A model generated the notes under the pieces. The model saw only the letters and a list, made by a program, of their open reading frames with translations. It had not been told where the DNA came from and did no database searches. 64,000 bases of DNA, taken from assembly GCA_041484665.1 (NCBI GenBank), contig JBGPIA010000001.1:224001-288000 (forward strand), given 5' to 3'. Shown in pieces: positions 29,400-39,597 of this stretch. The number at the start of each line of letters is the position of its first letter. Positions within the stretch are counted from its first letter, which is position 1. Made by a program: the position numbers and the translations under genes. The DNA comes from Candidatus Krumholzibacteriia bacterium. GTDB lineage: Bacteria; Krumholzibacteriota; Krumholzibacteriia; JAJRXK01.

Positions 29400-30338
29400 T
29401 CACTTCTCGTGCAGCGCCACGGAGCCGCCGTCTGCATTCGGATGGAAGGTCTTGTGGAGCTGATCGGGATCCTCCTGCGAGAGGGCCCAGTACCGGTCGA
29501 ACCACTCGCGTCCCTTCGCGTCGTCGACGAAGTAGAAGCGCTCCACGATGGCAAGGTTGTACAGCGGGCCCGGCAACGTTGGATCCAGCTCGTGCGCCTT
29601 GAGGAAGGACTCGCGCGCGCCCGCGGGATCGCCGGCGTGCAGGCGCGTGATGCCGTAGTTGTTGTGGTTCGCGGCGGCCGCCGGGTTGGCGCGCAGCGCC
29701 TGACGCGCTGGCTCGTCGGCGTGGAGGAAATCGTTGCCGCGCAGCGCGACGTAGGTCAAAGCCGAGCCGGCGCTGGCCCAGTGCGGTCCGGGACCGGCGA
29801 GCCCGCGCACGAGCTCCTGGGCGCGATCGGCCTGGCCCAGCGCCGCGTAGTTCAGGGCGAGATCGGCGAGCAGCTCCGGGCGGTCGGCCGCGCCGTTGGC
29901 GCGCGCTTCCTCGAGCAGATCGACAGCCTCCTGGAAGCGGCGCGCGCGGTACAGCACCTCGGACAACAGCGACAGAGCCGGCGCCAGCATGGGATCCAGG
30001 CGCAAGGCGCGCCGCAGCTCGCGCTCGGACTGCGCGGCGGAGTCGGCTTGGGCATAGGCCAGCCCCTGCTGATAGGCCCAGCGCGCATTCCCCGGATCGG
30101 CCGCCTCCTGCTGCCGCAGCTGCGCCAGTCGTGCCGGCAGTGATCCGCCCTCCGGCTGCGCCGAATGCGACGGGCCCACGGCGGAGGGAGGAGGAATCGT
30201 GGGGTTGTCCTCGGAGTGCCAGGGCATCAGGCTGCACCCGGAGAGCGTCAGGGCGGCCGCGAGCAACAGGAGCCAGGGCTGGCTCCCGGTCCTCGAGACG
30301 CGCGCCGCCGCGCTGCGTGCAATCTGATGGGCCGTCAT
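29400..30338 (-). CDS. TPR lipoprotein (GltE/AglT-like)
   Basis: Lipobox LSGC; TPRs; HNNYG, LYNLAI....Y......G...F.RY. Confidence 0.75.
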   Translation of the reverse strand: MTAHQIARSAAARVSRTGSQPWLLLLAAALTLSGCSLMPWHSEDNPTIPPPSAVGPSHSAQPEGGSLPARLAQLRQQEAADPGNARWAYQQGLAYAQADSAAQSERELRRALRLDPMLAPALSLLSEVLYRARRFQEAVDLLEEARANGAADRPELLADLALNYAALGQADRAQELVRGLAGPGPHWASAGSALTYVALRGNDFLHADEPARQALRANPAAAANHNNYGITRLHAGDPAGARESFLKAHELDPTLPGPLYNLAIVERFYFVDDAKGREWFDRYWALSQEDPDQLHKTFHPNADGGSVALHEK

Positions 30339-30436
30339 GTCCACGATGCGCTCCGTCCGTTCCCGATCCGTCCTCGCCGCGCCGTCGGGCGCCAGCGAGG
30401 GCGCAGGTCGATTCGGCTCGTGCAAAGGCCGTTCCG

Positions 30437-33400
30437 TTATTGTGATGTCACCCCGCCGTCGCCCGCGCTCTGCGCCGAGACCAGGGGATATGCGGCCTCG
30501 GGACGGAAGGCGAAGCGCTGCGCCAAGCGCGGCCACAAGGTCGACCGAGTTCGAGCGATCCAGCCGCCCTCGTCGCCGGGGTCGCTGCCCGCTCGCTTGA
30601 GGAGCTCGCTCCAGGCCTCCTCACCGCGGTCGTAGAACTCCCAGCTCTGCTCCTCGAGGACCTGCCGGTAGGCTGCCAGGTCGTCGGCGGAGAGCTGCGC
30701 AGGGCCCTCGCTGCCTCGCAGCGCATCGCCGAAGTGCACCAGGGCCTCGCCGATACGGTAGGCGCTCGCGGAGGCAAACGGGTTGACACCGCGTTGGGCG
30801 CAGGCACGGTAGCTCTCAAGCACGCTCTCTAGCCGTTTCTTCTTGGCTGCGAGCGATGCTTTCAGCGGCTGCGTGAGGCGCACGGCCTCGTACGCTCGCA
30901 TCTGCTCCTCCGCCTGCAGGAACGCCACCTGCGCGAGGATCTGGGGCGAGGCGAGCGATGCGTGCGTGTTGGCCAGGTCGAGATAGCGCGCCAGGCTGGA
31001 TGCGGGCAAGGCACTCCCCTTGCCCGGCTTGCCCAGGAGCGCGCTCAAAGCCGTCGAGCTGCCGACCTGGGCCAGCTCCGCCAGTGCCCTTCGCTGCAGG
31101 ATTTCCATCGCCGTCTCGACGTCGCCCGGGAAGCGGTCCATGTAGAGCGTGCGCGCATCCTCGGCGGCCCCGGCGTCCCCGGCGGACGCCAGCAGGTCGG
31201 CGGACTTGAGCAGGGCCGCGGCTGCGCCCTGGTCTTTGGGGTAGGCCTGCGCGAATCGACGGTAGGCCTCCGCCGCATCGCGCGGGCGCCGCGCCGCCTC
31301 CCACGCGACGGCGATCTGCAGGTGGGCGTCCCGCACGTATTCGCTGCGCGGATGCCGCGCGATCAGGTCGCTCCAGCAGCGCACCGCGTCGACGGCCGAG
31401 CGGGCTCTTGCGTAGCCCAGTCCTGCTCGGTAAAGCGCCAGATCGGCATGGGCGTAGTCCGGCCAGCGCGCCGCCACCTCGGCGAAGAGCTTCGCTGCGC
31501 GCCCCGGATGCGCGGAGTCGCTGGCAGCCACCGCTTCGGCGTGCTTGACGCGGCACAGCGGAATGACCGGCGCCAAACGCGCGACCAGCGTATCGACCCG
31601 GGCCGCTTTGGCCAGCAGCAGTGCCTGCTCGTAGGCGTCTGCGGCGCGGTCGTAGGCGCCCTGGCGATAGATCGCGTCGCCGCGCAGGCGCGCGGCCATG
31701 GGAGCACGAGGGTCCTGCGGATGGTCGTGCATCAGCCGCTCGAAGGCCGGTGCCGCCCGATCGTTGCGGCCGTGAGCGTAGGCCAGCGTCGCCTGCCGCC
31801 ACAGCACGTCGGCCGCCCGGGCGTCGCGCGGGTACGCCTTCACCAACGTATCGGCTGCCACCGACACCGCGGTGGCCAGCGAATCGGCGCCCAGCCCCCT
31901 GTCCTGCGCCGAGGATACGTGCTTGCGCGTCGACTCGTACCACGCGTCGGTGACGGCGACGCGCTGCCAGAGCGCGTCGGCGCGGAAGCTGGCCGTGTCG
32001 CATGCCGCCGCGGCCGCATAGTGGTCGAGGGCACGCCGGAAGTCGTTCAAGTGGGCGGCCGCCTCGCCGGCATAGAAGTGGAAGCGGGGCGCCTCGGGAT
32101 CGGTGGGCCAGCGCGCGAGCAGGGTCTGGTAAAGCTCCAGGGCCTTCTCCCAGTGCGGACCTGCGGCCCCGTCGCGGGCCTGATGATGGTGATAGAGTGC
32201 CACGGACTTGTACGATTCGAGGGCGTAGCGCCGCCCCGCCTGGCGCAGCGAGTCGGCCGCGTTGGCCGTGAACCATGGGCTGCCCTCCACGAAGCGAGGC
32301 GCGGTCGCCAGGCGCGCGGCCCGGGCCTGCTCCGGCTTGTTCGAGCGCTCGTAGGTGTCGACCAGCCGCTGCGCCACGTCCAGCGCCTGCGCCTCGTTCG
32401 GATAGCGCGCCAGCCACAGCTCATCGACTTTGGCCGCATCGCCGTAGAGGCTGAACTTGCGCAGCAGGGTGCCCATGCCCTGCAGGATGCGCGCTTCGTA
32501 GGGGCGAGGACCGACGCCCTTGAAGTAGTCGGCAAACGGCTGTGCCCCGCCCGCGCGGCAGAGGGCGTGGATCAGGTAGTCCTGCGCCTCGGCCCGCAAG
32601 TCGGTGCTGGTGCGCACCGCAGCGCCGGACTCGTAGAGGTCGAACAGGCGGCGGAACGCGTCGGCCGAATCGAGGAAGCGGTCCTGGTTGAAGTGGGCCC
32701 ACCCCATCTTGTAGAGGGCGATCGCCGTGAGCTCGTTGTCCGTGCCCGCGGCGGCCCGCGCGTAGAGCGGCACGCACGCTTCGTAGTCCTTCTGGTCGAA
32801 GCGGTTGTCACCCATGCGCAGCCAGGCCTCCTGGCAGAACTCCGACTGCGGATGGGTCGATACCAGCCGCTCGAGCACACCCTGGGCCTCTTCGCTGCCG
32901 GCGTCGGAGAGGATCATGCCGATGTTGAACAGGACGGCGTCCTGATGGGGGAAGCCCGGGTCCTCGGCGAGGATCCGCCGGTACAGGCGCAACGCGGGCT
33001 CGTAGTCCACGAACGGTGCCATCGCGCGCGCGTCCAGGCTGCCCTGCGCCTGGGCGGCGCTGAGGAACTGCGCCATTTTGCCATTGAAGTCCTCTTTGGC
33101 GGACAGCATGAGCAGATCGGCCAGGCGGAAGCGCACCTCGCCGCGTGCGGGTGATCCTGGATAGCTCGTGAGGAATGCGTCCAGCTGGGCGATCGCCTCC
33201 TGCCGCGCGGCGGCGAGCTCGGCGCGCACGGTCGGATCGTCGTGGTCGCGCCCGCGGCCGACGGCGAGCTCGTGGGCGCTCACGCCGAGTCCGTAGTCGA
33301 TTCCCTCGCGTTCGCCGGCCAGCGCGTCGAGGGCGCGCTGCACCGCCGCACTGGCCACCGCGGTGCGCAGCTGCGCTGTCGCCGATCGCGCCGAGTCGGC

Positions 33401-35524
33401 CGCGGCCTGGCGAACGGCTAGCCCGGCCCGTAGCGCCCGCAACTCTGCGCTGTCGAAGCCCGCCGTGCGCGTCGAGTCGATCCCGGAGTGCAGCCGGTTC
33501 GCCCAGGCAATCCGGCGGCGCGCCTGCTCGGCGAGCCCGCGGGTTCCCAAGGTCACCCGTGGCTCCCAGACCTCGGCGTATGACCGCTGCACGATGCGCG
33601 GGGCGCGCACTGCAAACGTGTCGAGGAAGGCGGCCACCTGCAGCGAGAGCGCCTCCTCCCGCTGCAGGAGTGCCTCGGGGCTGGGCACGCCCTCCGGCAG
33701 CGGGTCCGGCCGCTGGCGGTTCGGCCCATCGACGTAGAAGTGGCGAAGGAAGAGCAGATGGTCCAGCTCCAGCTGCTGGTGCTGCACCAACGCCCGCGTG
33801 CGCACCGCGGCGCTGCGCAGGAACTCGCTCTTGACGCCGGCCAGCTGGCCAGCGATGCCGTCGACGACGGCCAACAGCGAATCCAGCCGCTGACTCGTGC
33901 TCACGAGGGCGCGGGTGGTGGAGCCCAGCGACTGCAGCCCGCGGTCGAGGTATGCGCGGCGGCGCGCCAGCCGGGCACGCTCCTCGTCCACCGCGCGACG
34001 GGCGCGCTCCAGCTCGGACGCCGCCTGCTCCTCGCGCCGTAGCGACTGCTGGACGGCGTCCCATTCCTGCGCGGTCGGCGCCGGCGCGTCGGGCATCCGC
34101 TGGTCGGTCGTCTGCCACAGCGACGCGCTGGCAGGCGCGCCGGCGAACGCGCTCTCCTCCAGCGGCGCGCGTAGGTCCAGCGACGCCTCGACCAGCGCCG
34201 CTGCTTCCCGGTCAAGCGGCGCCGTCTCCAGGACCAGCGCGCAGGACGCCATCGACTCCGTCGACCAGTGGTCCCACAGCAGCGGGGCGGCCGCGGGATC
34301 CAACAGGGACGTGAGCGTGTCATGCTGGGCGTCCCAGCCCTTCGCCAGGGCGCGATTGAGCTCGTGGGCGTCCTGCCAGTCCTCGGCCTCCAGCGCCAGC
34401 GCCGCCAGCTCCCGTTGGGCGTCGCGGCGGCGGCGCGGGCTTGGGTCGTCCTGGGCGATCGACGCCAGCAGCGCGCGGGCGTGCTGCGCCTCGCCGGAGG
34501 CGCCGGCCTCCAACAGGGTGAGGGCCAGCATCAGCCGCGCGTCGGCCGCGTAGCGGCTGGCCTTTGGAACGGCCTCTAGCTGCGCGATGGCGTCCTGGCC
34601 GCGGCGCAGCGCGAGCGAGGCGAGCCGCAGGTGGGCTGCGCCGACGAGATCCAGATCGAGAGGGGTCTTGGGCTCCGCCGCCACGAGCTCCTGGAGCGTG
34701 CGCTCCCAGTCCGCTCTGGCGTCCTGGGCGCGCGCCGGCGGCGGCGCCGGCGACACCGCAAGTGGCGCCGCTGCGGACACGGAGTCGGGCGCCGCGGCGC
34801 TCTGCGCGGGGAGCCCTTCGGCAAGCGCCTGCACGTAGAGCCGCAGCACGGGCGAGGCGGCGTCGGCAGCGCCGCGCTGCAGCGCTGCCTTGGCCTGCTC
34901 TGTCTCCCCCGCTCGAACGAGCAGGGCCGCGACCAGCACGTCGGCGGCGGGCAGACGCGCTGGCGCCGCGTTGGCGGCGGCAGCGAGCGTTGCGCTGTCG
35001 GCCGCTGCGGCGTCCGTCGTGGCCGTCAGGAACCGGTACCGCAGCCACAGATCCCAGGGCGAGCCGGTTGGGTGTGCCGCTTTAGCACGCGCAAGCGCCA
35101 GGAAGCGCTGCGGCTCCCCCAGCCGCAGGTAGGCTTCCGCGAGCAGGAACGCCGCGCGGTCCGCGCCGGCGAAGCCGGGCGTCGAGGGAGCGATCTGCTC
35201 CAGTTGCGCCGCAGCCTCGCGCAGGTCGCCCATGCTCCAGGCGTAGGCCGCTTGACGCAAGCGCAGCTCGGCGAGCGGCGCGCCGGCCAGCTCGAAGGCA
35301 GGCTGCGGCTGCGCCGCGCGCTGCTGCTGCGAGCCGGGTGCGCTTGCGTGATCCGCGCTCGGCGTGGTCTGCCCGCCCTTGACCGGGAGGGCCGGGTCTG
35401 ACGCCGCACGCGCCCGCGCCGGCGCGATGGACAGCGCCAGCACGGCCGGTGCGAGCAGTACCCCAAGGATGCGTTGCATGGGTCTTCGCGGGGCGGCGCG
35501 CCGCAGTGGCTTCTCCACGGGCAC
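30437..35524 (-). CDS. giant secreted TPR protein (C-terminal half GltD/AgmU-like)
   Basis: Signal peptide; many TPRs; ALYKMGW..F; C-terminal L..KK..L....Y...A.YRIG...L..S..P..L.......Y...LEE. Confidence 0.8.
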   Translation of the reverse strand: MPVEKPLRRAAPRRPMQRILGVLLAPAVLALSIAPARARAASDPALPVKGGQTTPSADHASAPGSQQQRAAQPQPAFELAGAPLAELRLRQAAYAWSMGDLREAAAQLEQIAPSTPGFAGADRAAFLLAEAYLRLGEPQRFLALARAKAAHPTGSPWDLWLRYRFLTATTDAAAADSATLAAAANAAPARLPAADVLVAALLVRAGETEQAKAALQRGAADAASPVLRLYVQALAEGLPAQSAAAPDSVSAAAPLAVSPAPPPARAQDARADWERTLQELVAAEPKTPLDLDLVGAAHLRLASLALRRGQDAIAQLEAVPKASRYAADARLMLALTLLEAGASGEAQHARALLASIAQDDPSPRRRRDAQRELAALALEAEDWQDAHELNRALAKGWDAQHDTLTSLLDPAAAPLLWDHWSTESMASCALVLETAPLDREAAALVEASLDLRAPLEESAFAGAPASASLWQTTDQRMPDAPAPTAQEWDAVQQSLRREEQAASELERARRAVDEERARLARRRAYLDRGLQSLGSTTRALVSTSQRLDSLLAVVDGIAGQLAGVKSEFLRSAAVRTRALVQHQQLELDHLLFLRHFYVDGPNRQRPDPLPEGVPSPEALLQREEALSLQVAAFLDTFAVRAPRIVQRSYAEVWEPRVTLGTRGLAEQARRRIAWANRLHSGIDSTRTAGFDSAELRALRAGLAVRQAAADSARSATAQLRTAVASAAVQRALDALAGEREGIDYGLGVSAHELAVGRGRDHDDPTVRAELAAARQEAIAQLDAFLTSYPGSPARGEVRFRLADLLMLSAKEDFNGKMAQFLSAAQAQGSLDARAMAPFVDYEPALRLYRRILAEDPGFPHQDAVLFNIGMILSDAGSEEAQGVLERLVSTHPQSEFCQEAWLRMGDNRFDQKDYEACVPLYARAAAGTDNELTAIALYKMGWAHFNQDRFLDSADAFRRLFDLYESGAAVRTSTDLRAEAQDYLIHALCRAGGAQPFADYFKGVGPRPYEARILQGMGTLLRKFSLYGDAAKVDELWLARYPNEAQALDVAQRLVDTYERSNKPEQARAARLATAPRFVEGSPWFTANAADSLRQAGRRYALESYKSVALYHHHQARDGAAGPHWEKALELYQTLLARWPTDPEAPRFHFYAGEAAAHLNDFRRALDHYAAAAACDTASFRADALWQRVAVTDAWYESTRKHVSSAQDRGLGADSLATAVSVAADTLVKAYPRDARAADVLWRQATLAYAHGRNDRAAPAFERLMHDHPQDPRAPMAARLRGDAIYRQGAYDRAADAYEQALLLAKAARVDTLVARLAPVIPLCRVKHAEAVAASDSAHPGRAAKLFAEVAARWPDYAHADLALYRAGLGYARARSAVDAVRCWSDLIARHPRSEYVRDAHLQIAVAWEAARRPRDAAEAYRRFAQAYPKDQGAAAALLKSADLLASAGDAGAAEDARTLYMDRFPGDVETAMEILQRRALAELAQVGSSTALSALLGKPGKGSALPASSLARYLDLANTHASLASPQILAQVAFLQAEEQMRAYEAVRLTQPLKASLAAKKKRLESVLESYRACAQRGVNPFASASAYRIGEALVHFGDALRGSEGPAQLSADDLAAYRQVLEEQSWEFYDRGEEAWSELLKRAGSDPGDEGGWIARTRSTLWPRLAQRFAFRPEAAYPLVSAQSAGDGGVTSQ

Positions 35525-35531
35525 GGCGGGG

Positions 35532-36476
35532 CTACTTCACCCAGAGGCTCGAACGGATGTCGGGGCTCGGCTGCGCCGGACTCGCCGCCGCGAGGTCGAG
35601 CTCCAGGAACGTGAGCCGGTCGCGGCTCGGTTCGAGGCTGAGGCTGTGCGCGGTACGGGCCGGCCAGCCCTCTCCAGACAGCGCCACCTCCAGCACGTGC
35701 TCCCGGGGCTCGATGAAGGCGTGGTAGATCTGAGCGATGCCACCCTTGCGCAGCGCGGCCCACTGGTCGGCGGACATGGGCACGCGTACGGTCTGCCCCT
35801 CCTCGGTGAGCAGCAGCTCGGCGGGCGTGGCGCCCGCCGGGCATCCCCGCACCAGCACGACCAGAGCCGTCTGCTGGCGGCCGACGAAGTCCGCTTCCAG
35901 CCGGGCGAGCCGAGCGCTCTCATCGGCCAGCAGCTTCTCCATGAGATCCAGCTGTGCCTCCAGGCCTCCCAGCTCGGTCACGCTCTGCAACACCTCCCGG
36001 CGCTGCAGGCTCTCCTGCTCGGCGCGCACGGTGTCGCGTGCGGCATTCAGCTGCTGCAGCATTTCGCGGTACATGGCAAAGCGTGGATCGAGCAAGCCAG
36101 CCTCCCCCTCGAGGTCGTCGCGGCGCACCAGCCGCAGCTGGTCCAGCTGCGCGCGGAGGAACTCGCGGTTCTCGCGCAGGAAGCGCAGCGTCACCAGCTT
36201 GGGCTTCTTGGCCTGCACCCGCTCCACCTCGAGCTGCTCGGGAGGGAGATCCTGCAGCTCCACGGGCTCTCCCAACACCGGCGTCGCCGGCAGGGGCGCG
36301 AGCGGCTGCGCGGGCGATGGCGCCTGCGCCGGCTTAGGCGGCTGCTCTGGGGCGGATGCCTGCGCCGCCGGCGGTGCCTGCGCCGTCGAGGGGTCCTGCG
36401 CCCGCGCCGGTGCTCCACTTTGCACCAGAACGGCGGCTGCCAGCAGGGCCAGCGGGCCCGCCACCGCACACGCCAT
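35532..36476 (-). CDS. secreted coiled-coil protein with beta-sandwich C-terminus
   Basis: Signal peptide; heptad region; ALRKGGIAQIY...EH.LEV. Confidence 0.65.
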   Translation of the reverse strand: MACAVAGPLALLAAAVLVQSGAPARAQDPSTAQAPPAAQASAPEQPPKPAQAPSPAQPLAPLPATPVLGEPVELQDLPPEQLEVERVQAKKPKLVTLRFLRENREFLRAQLDQLRLVRRDDLEGEAGLLDPRFAMYREMLQQLNAARDTVRAEQESLQRREVLQSVTELGGLEAQLDLMEKLLADESARLARLEADFVGRQQTALVVLVRGCPAGATPAELLLTEEGQTVRVPMSADQWAALRKGGIAQIYHAFIEPREHVLEVALSGEGWPARTAHSLSLEPSRDRLTFLELDLAAASPAQPSPDIRSSLWVK

Positions 36477-36478
36477 GC

Positions 36479-37102
36479 TCAGCCTTGCCACGTGCGCACG
36501 ACCTTTCCAGTGCCGGCATCCACCACCACGAAGAGCGTCGGGGCTCCCTGCGACGTATAGACCAGGGCCCAGGTGGTGCGATCGGGGTCGTCGGGCCGGA
36601 AGGCACCGCGCAGCAGCAGCATGGTGGCGAGCTGGCCGCCGTGCTCCGCCCGGTACCGCGCACCCTCCTTCTCCTCCGCAGCGGCGAGCGCCTGCGCGCT
36701 GTCGACCCATCCGGCAGGTAGCGGCGGCGCTTGCAGGTCGAAGCCCAGATCGGCGGCCGCGGCGATGCGGCCGTCGCGCACCGAGTAGCCGCGCGCAGCG
36801 TTGCGCGTGCGTGAGAAGAACAGGTAGCCCCAGCGTGGCGCGGCGCCGCCTTCGCCCACGGGCTCATCGTTCTCCAGGTAGATCAGGCGCGCGTCGGCGG
36901 CCCAGTTCTGCGCCGCGTCGACTGCCAGCGCCAGCCCTTCGTGGGCAGTGAAGGGGACCGGATCGCGGGCGTGGCCAAAGGCCGGCGCCAGGGCCAAGGC
37001 CAGAGCGAACGCAGCGACGGCCGCGGCGCGCGGGCGCACGCGGTGGTGCGGCGCCCGTGCAGGCCAAGGCTTTGGCGCGCGCGGGAGTCGGCGAGCGGGC
37101 AT
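36479..37102 (-). CDS. secreted hypothetical protein (PepSY-like helices/strands)
   Basis: WVDSAQAL..A...G; W...Y...VVVDAGTGKVV; operon spacing. Confidence 0.6.
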   Translation of the reverse strand: MPARRLPRAPKPWPARAPHHRVRPRAAAVAAFALALALAPAFGHARDPVPFTAHEGLALAVDAAQNWAADARLIYLENDEPVGEGGAAPRWGYLFFSRTRNAARGYSVRDGRIAAAADLGFDLQAPPLPAGWVDSAQALAAAEEKEGARYRAEHGGQLATMLLLRGAFRPDDPDRTTWALVYTSQGAPTLFVVVDAGTGKVVRTWQG

Positions 37103-37113
37103 GGCGCTCCTCC

Positions 37114-38142
37114 TCAGAACAGCAGCGTGGTGCCGATGCTGAATTCGATGTTGTTGTCGGTGCGGCGCGAGCTCTCGCTGCCCATGGAGAACCGGTAGTT
37201 GCGCACTTCCCAACGCACGGCCACCGTCTTGGACACGTACATGGAGACGCCCGCGCCATAATTCGCCGACGCTTCGCTCTTGCCCTGCGCGATGGTCGAT
37301 CCGACGCCGCCGGTCAGGAAGGGCACCATCTGGCGTCCGGGCAGCAAGTGGAGATTGCCGTTGAGCTCGTAGTAGAGCATGTGGAACTCCTCGGCCTCGA
37401 GCGTGAGGCCGAAGAGCGTCTCCACGATCTCCGCGGGGCGGTGGATGTGGGTCCAGGAGATGCCACCCTCCACCTCGAGGAACTCCAGCACGTAGTAGCC
37501 CAAGCGTCCGCCCAGGGCCAGCGAATTGGACTTGCGGTCGAAGGCGTAGCCGCCAGCGTACCCCGTCAGCGCGAAACTCCCGATGCGGGAGAAGAGCCGG
37601 GGGTTGGGCCGGAACTCCAGGTCCGACATGTCGTCGAACTCGTGGCACAGGGACGCATGCACCCAGCCCGTTTGCACGTCGGACAGGCGCACGTTGTACC
37701 AGTCGGCCTTCTTGGCGATCACCGTGAACTCGGCGCCCTTGGGGTAGACCCCGACGATGGCGAACGTGTTCCCTGGACCGCTGCGCACGACGTTGTCGTC
37801 GCCACGGTCGAGACGGACCCTCTTCTCTTTGAGGACGTGGGCGCCATTGAGATTGTCCACCGCGGGCGGCGCAAGCGTGCCCGCCGCCATCGGTACGGGT
37901 GGCGGCAGCGCGGAGGGCGCGGCAGCGTCGGCGGCGACGGGCGCCGCCACGGCGGCTGCGCCGGCCGCTTCGGGCGCGGTTGACGTGGCAGGGTCGATGG
38001 CGGCGGCGGCTGGCGGCGGCGGAGCGTGGCGATCCGCCGGCTCCTGTGCCTGCGCCGCAGCGGGGCCCGGCAACAGAGCGCTCCAGAGTAGCGCTGCCGC
38101 CAACGCGGGCGGCGTCCTGCACAGTGTGCGTGCTTGCATCAT
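37114..38142 (-). CDS. SH3b domain + outer-membrane beta-barrel protein
   Basis: VRSGPG..F..V....G......W..V......GWV; PFLTGGVG, NYGAG, RWEVRNY; C-terminal Phe. Confidence 0.8.
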   Translation of the reverse strand: MMQARTLCRTPPALAAALLWSALLPGPAAAQAQEPADRHAPPPPAAAAIDPATSTAPEAAGAAAVAAPVAADAAAPSALPPPVPMAAGTLAPPAVDNLNGAHVLKEKRVRLDRGDDNVVRSGPGNTFAIVGVYPKGAEFTVIAKKADWYNVRLSDVQTGWVHASLCHEFDDMSDLEFRPNPRLFSRIGSFALTGYAGGYAFDRKSNSLALGGRLGYYVLEFLEVEGGISWTHIHRPAEIVETLFGLTLEAEEFHMLYYELNGNLHLLPGRQMVPFLTGGVGSTIAQGKSEASANYGAGVSMYVSKTVAVRWEVRNYRFSMGSESSRRTDNNIEFSIGTTLLF

Positions 38143-38164
38143 CGGATCTCTCCCGTTGAGCCCA

Positions 38165-38872
38165 TCAAAGGCCGGCGGCCGTCCAGGACAGCAGCAAGTG
38201 CGCTCCCCAGCTTCCGAAGGTCTCTCTCTGCTCGGTGATGGCGGCCCCGGCGCGGTGTGCCGTGTCCAGGGCGAAGTACGTTCGCTCGAGGTGCAAGCCC
38301 AGGGCCAGACGCGATGTCACGGCCCGGCGCAGCAGCAGCCCCGCACCGGCCGTCCAGGTGTCGACCGGCGCGTAGTCGACAACGATCTCCGGGCCGCCGC
38401 CCAGCGGAACGTACGACGCGCGGTCGGGGTCGTAACCCAGATGGAGCAGCCCGCCGCTGGCCAAGGCGCAGACGTCGACCGAGAGCAGCGAGAGCGCCCG
38501 CGCACCCGCCACCAGCTCGAACGCAGTCAGGTGCGCCTTCACAGCGCGCGTCTCGCCCGGGATCCCGCTGGCCTGCGTCGTCTGCATACGGCTGGCACGC
38601 ACGCCCGCCAGCAGGCGCCCGCGCTCGACGAAGACCTGCGCCCCCAGGCGGGCGGTGGTGGCGGTATCCCAGCGGTAGTCGGACAGGTGCGGGTCGAGCT
38701 GGGCCGCGCCCACCAGCGCGGAGACGGACACCCGCAGCGCCGACGCGTCACCGGCGGCGGCTACGGCGGGCAGCGCGACCAAGAGCGCCATGGCGTACGT
38801 CGCCGCCCGCGCCCACCGGCGCAACGCGGACGCGTCGTGTCCGCGCAAACCCAGTGCTGATCCTCGTGCCAC
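38165..38872 (-). CDS. putative outer-membrane beta-barrel protein
   Basis: Signal peptide and alternating amphipathic strands. Confidence 0.55.
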   Translation of the reverse strand: MARGSALGLRGHDASALRRWARAATYAMALLVALPAVAAAGDASALRVSVSALVGAAQLDPHLSDYRWDTATTARLGAQVFVERGRLLAGVRASRMQTTQASGIPGETRAVKAHLTAFELVAGARALSLLSVDVCALASGGLLHLGYDPDRASYVPLGGGPEIVVDYAPVDTWTAGAGLLLRRAVTSRLALGLHLERTYFALDTAHRAGAAITEQRETFGSWGAHLLLSWTAAGL

Positions 38873-38894
38873 GGCCTCCCCCCCGCTGGATGCG

Positions 38895-39503
38895 CTACTG
38901 CGCGGCCGGTAGGATCTCCACGCCTGTCGAGAGCACGTCCAGATCGGTGGACAAGACCGGATCGAGCAGCAGCGTATCGCGTCCGGAGGGCAGCTCGACC
39001 TTGTCGCCGTGGGCCAGGTAGAGCAGCAGGAAGAACGTCCCATTGCTGCCCACCGGTCCATACCCCGGCAGCGCCCGGCCTCGCGGGTCGAACGCGGTGA
39101 AGGAAAGATCGGCTTGCTGCATGAGGTGGTCGAACCCGACCACGGCCTTGGCGTTACGCCCCGCGGTCACCGAGCTCTGCAGGACCCGGTCGACGGCGCG
39201 TGCCACGTCGAGGTGCTTGTCCTTGGTGTGTGGATCCAGGAAGACGTCGCCCACGGCGAGCGAATCGCTGTAGCGCAGCTCGGCGACCAGGAATCCGGAG
39301 AAGATCTCGCGGTAGGTCGCCTTGGCCTGCACCGTGAACTGCGGCGCGCCGCCGGCGGCGAAGGGATCGCCCATGGTCGGCGCGGCCGCCTGCAGCTCGA
39401 GCAGCGTCCAACGCTTCTCGACAGGCGGCTCGCCCAGGCAGCCGGCGTAGGTGAAGGCGGCGCCGAGGATGATCACCAGGGTTCGCACGGATGAAGCACG
39501 CAT
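38895..39503 (-). CDS. hypothetical lipoprotein
   Basis: Lipobox YAGC; GAGGA RBS. Confidence 0.65.
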   Translation of the reverse strand: MRASSVRTLVIILGAAFTYAGCLGEPPVEKRWTLLELQAAAPTMGDPFAAGGAPQFTVQAKATYREIFSGFLVAELRYSDSLAVGDVFLDPHTKDKHLDVARAVDRVLQSSVTAGRNAKAVVGFDHLMQQADLSFTAFDPRGRALPGYGPVGSNGTFFLLLYLAHGDKVELPSGRDTLLLDPVLSTDLDVLSTGVEILPAAQ

Positions 39504-39597
39504 GGGCAATTCCTCTTGGAGCCAGCCGGTACGCGCCGGGCCCCGGATCCGCGTCAAGCGGCTTCCGGGGCCCAGGGAGCTGCCGGTGCGCGGGCCC

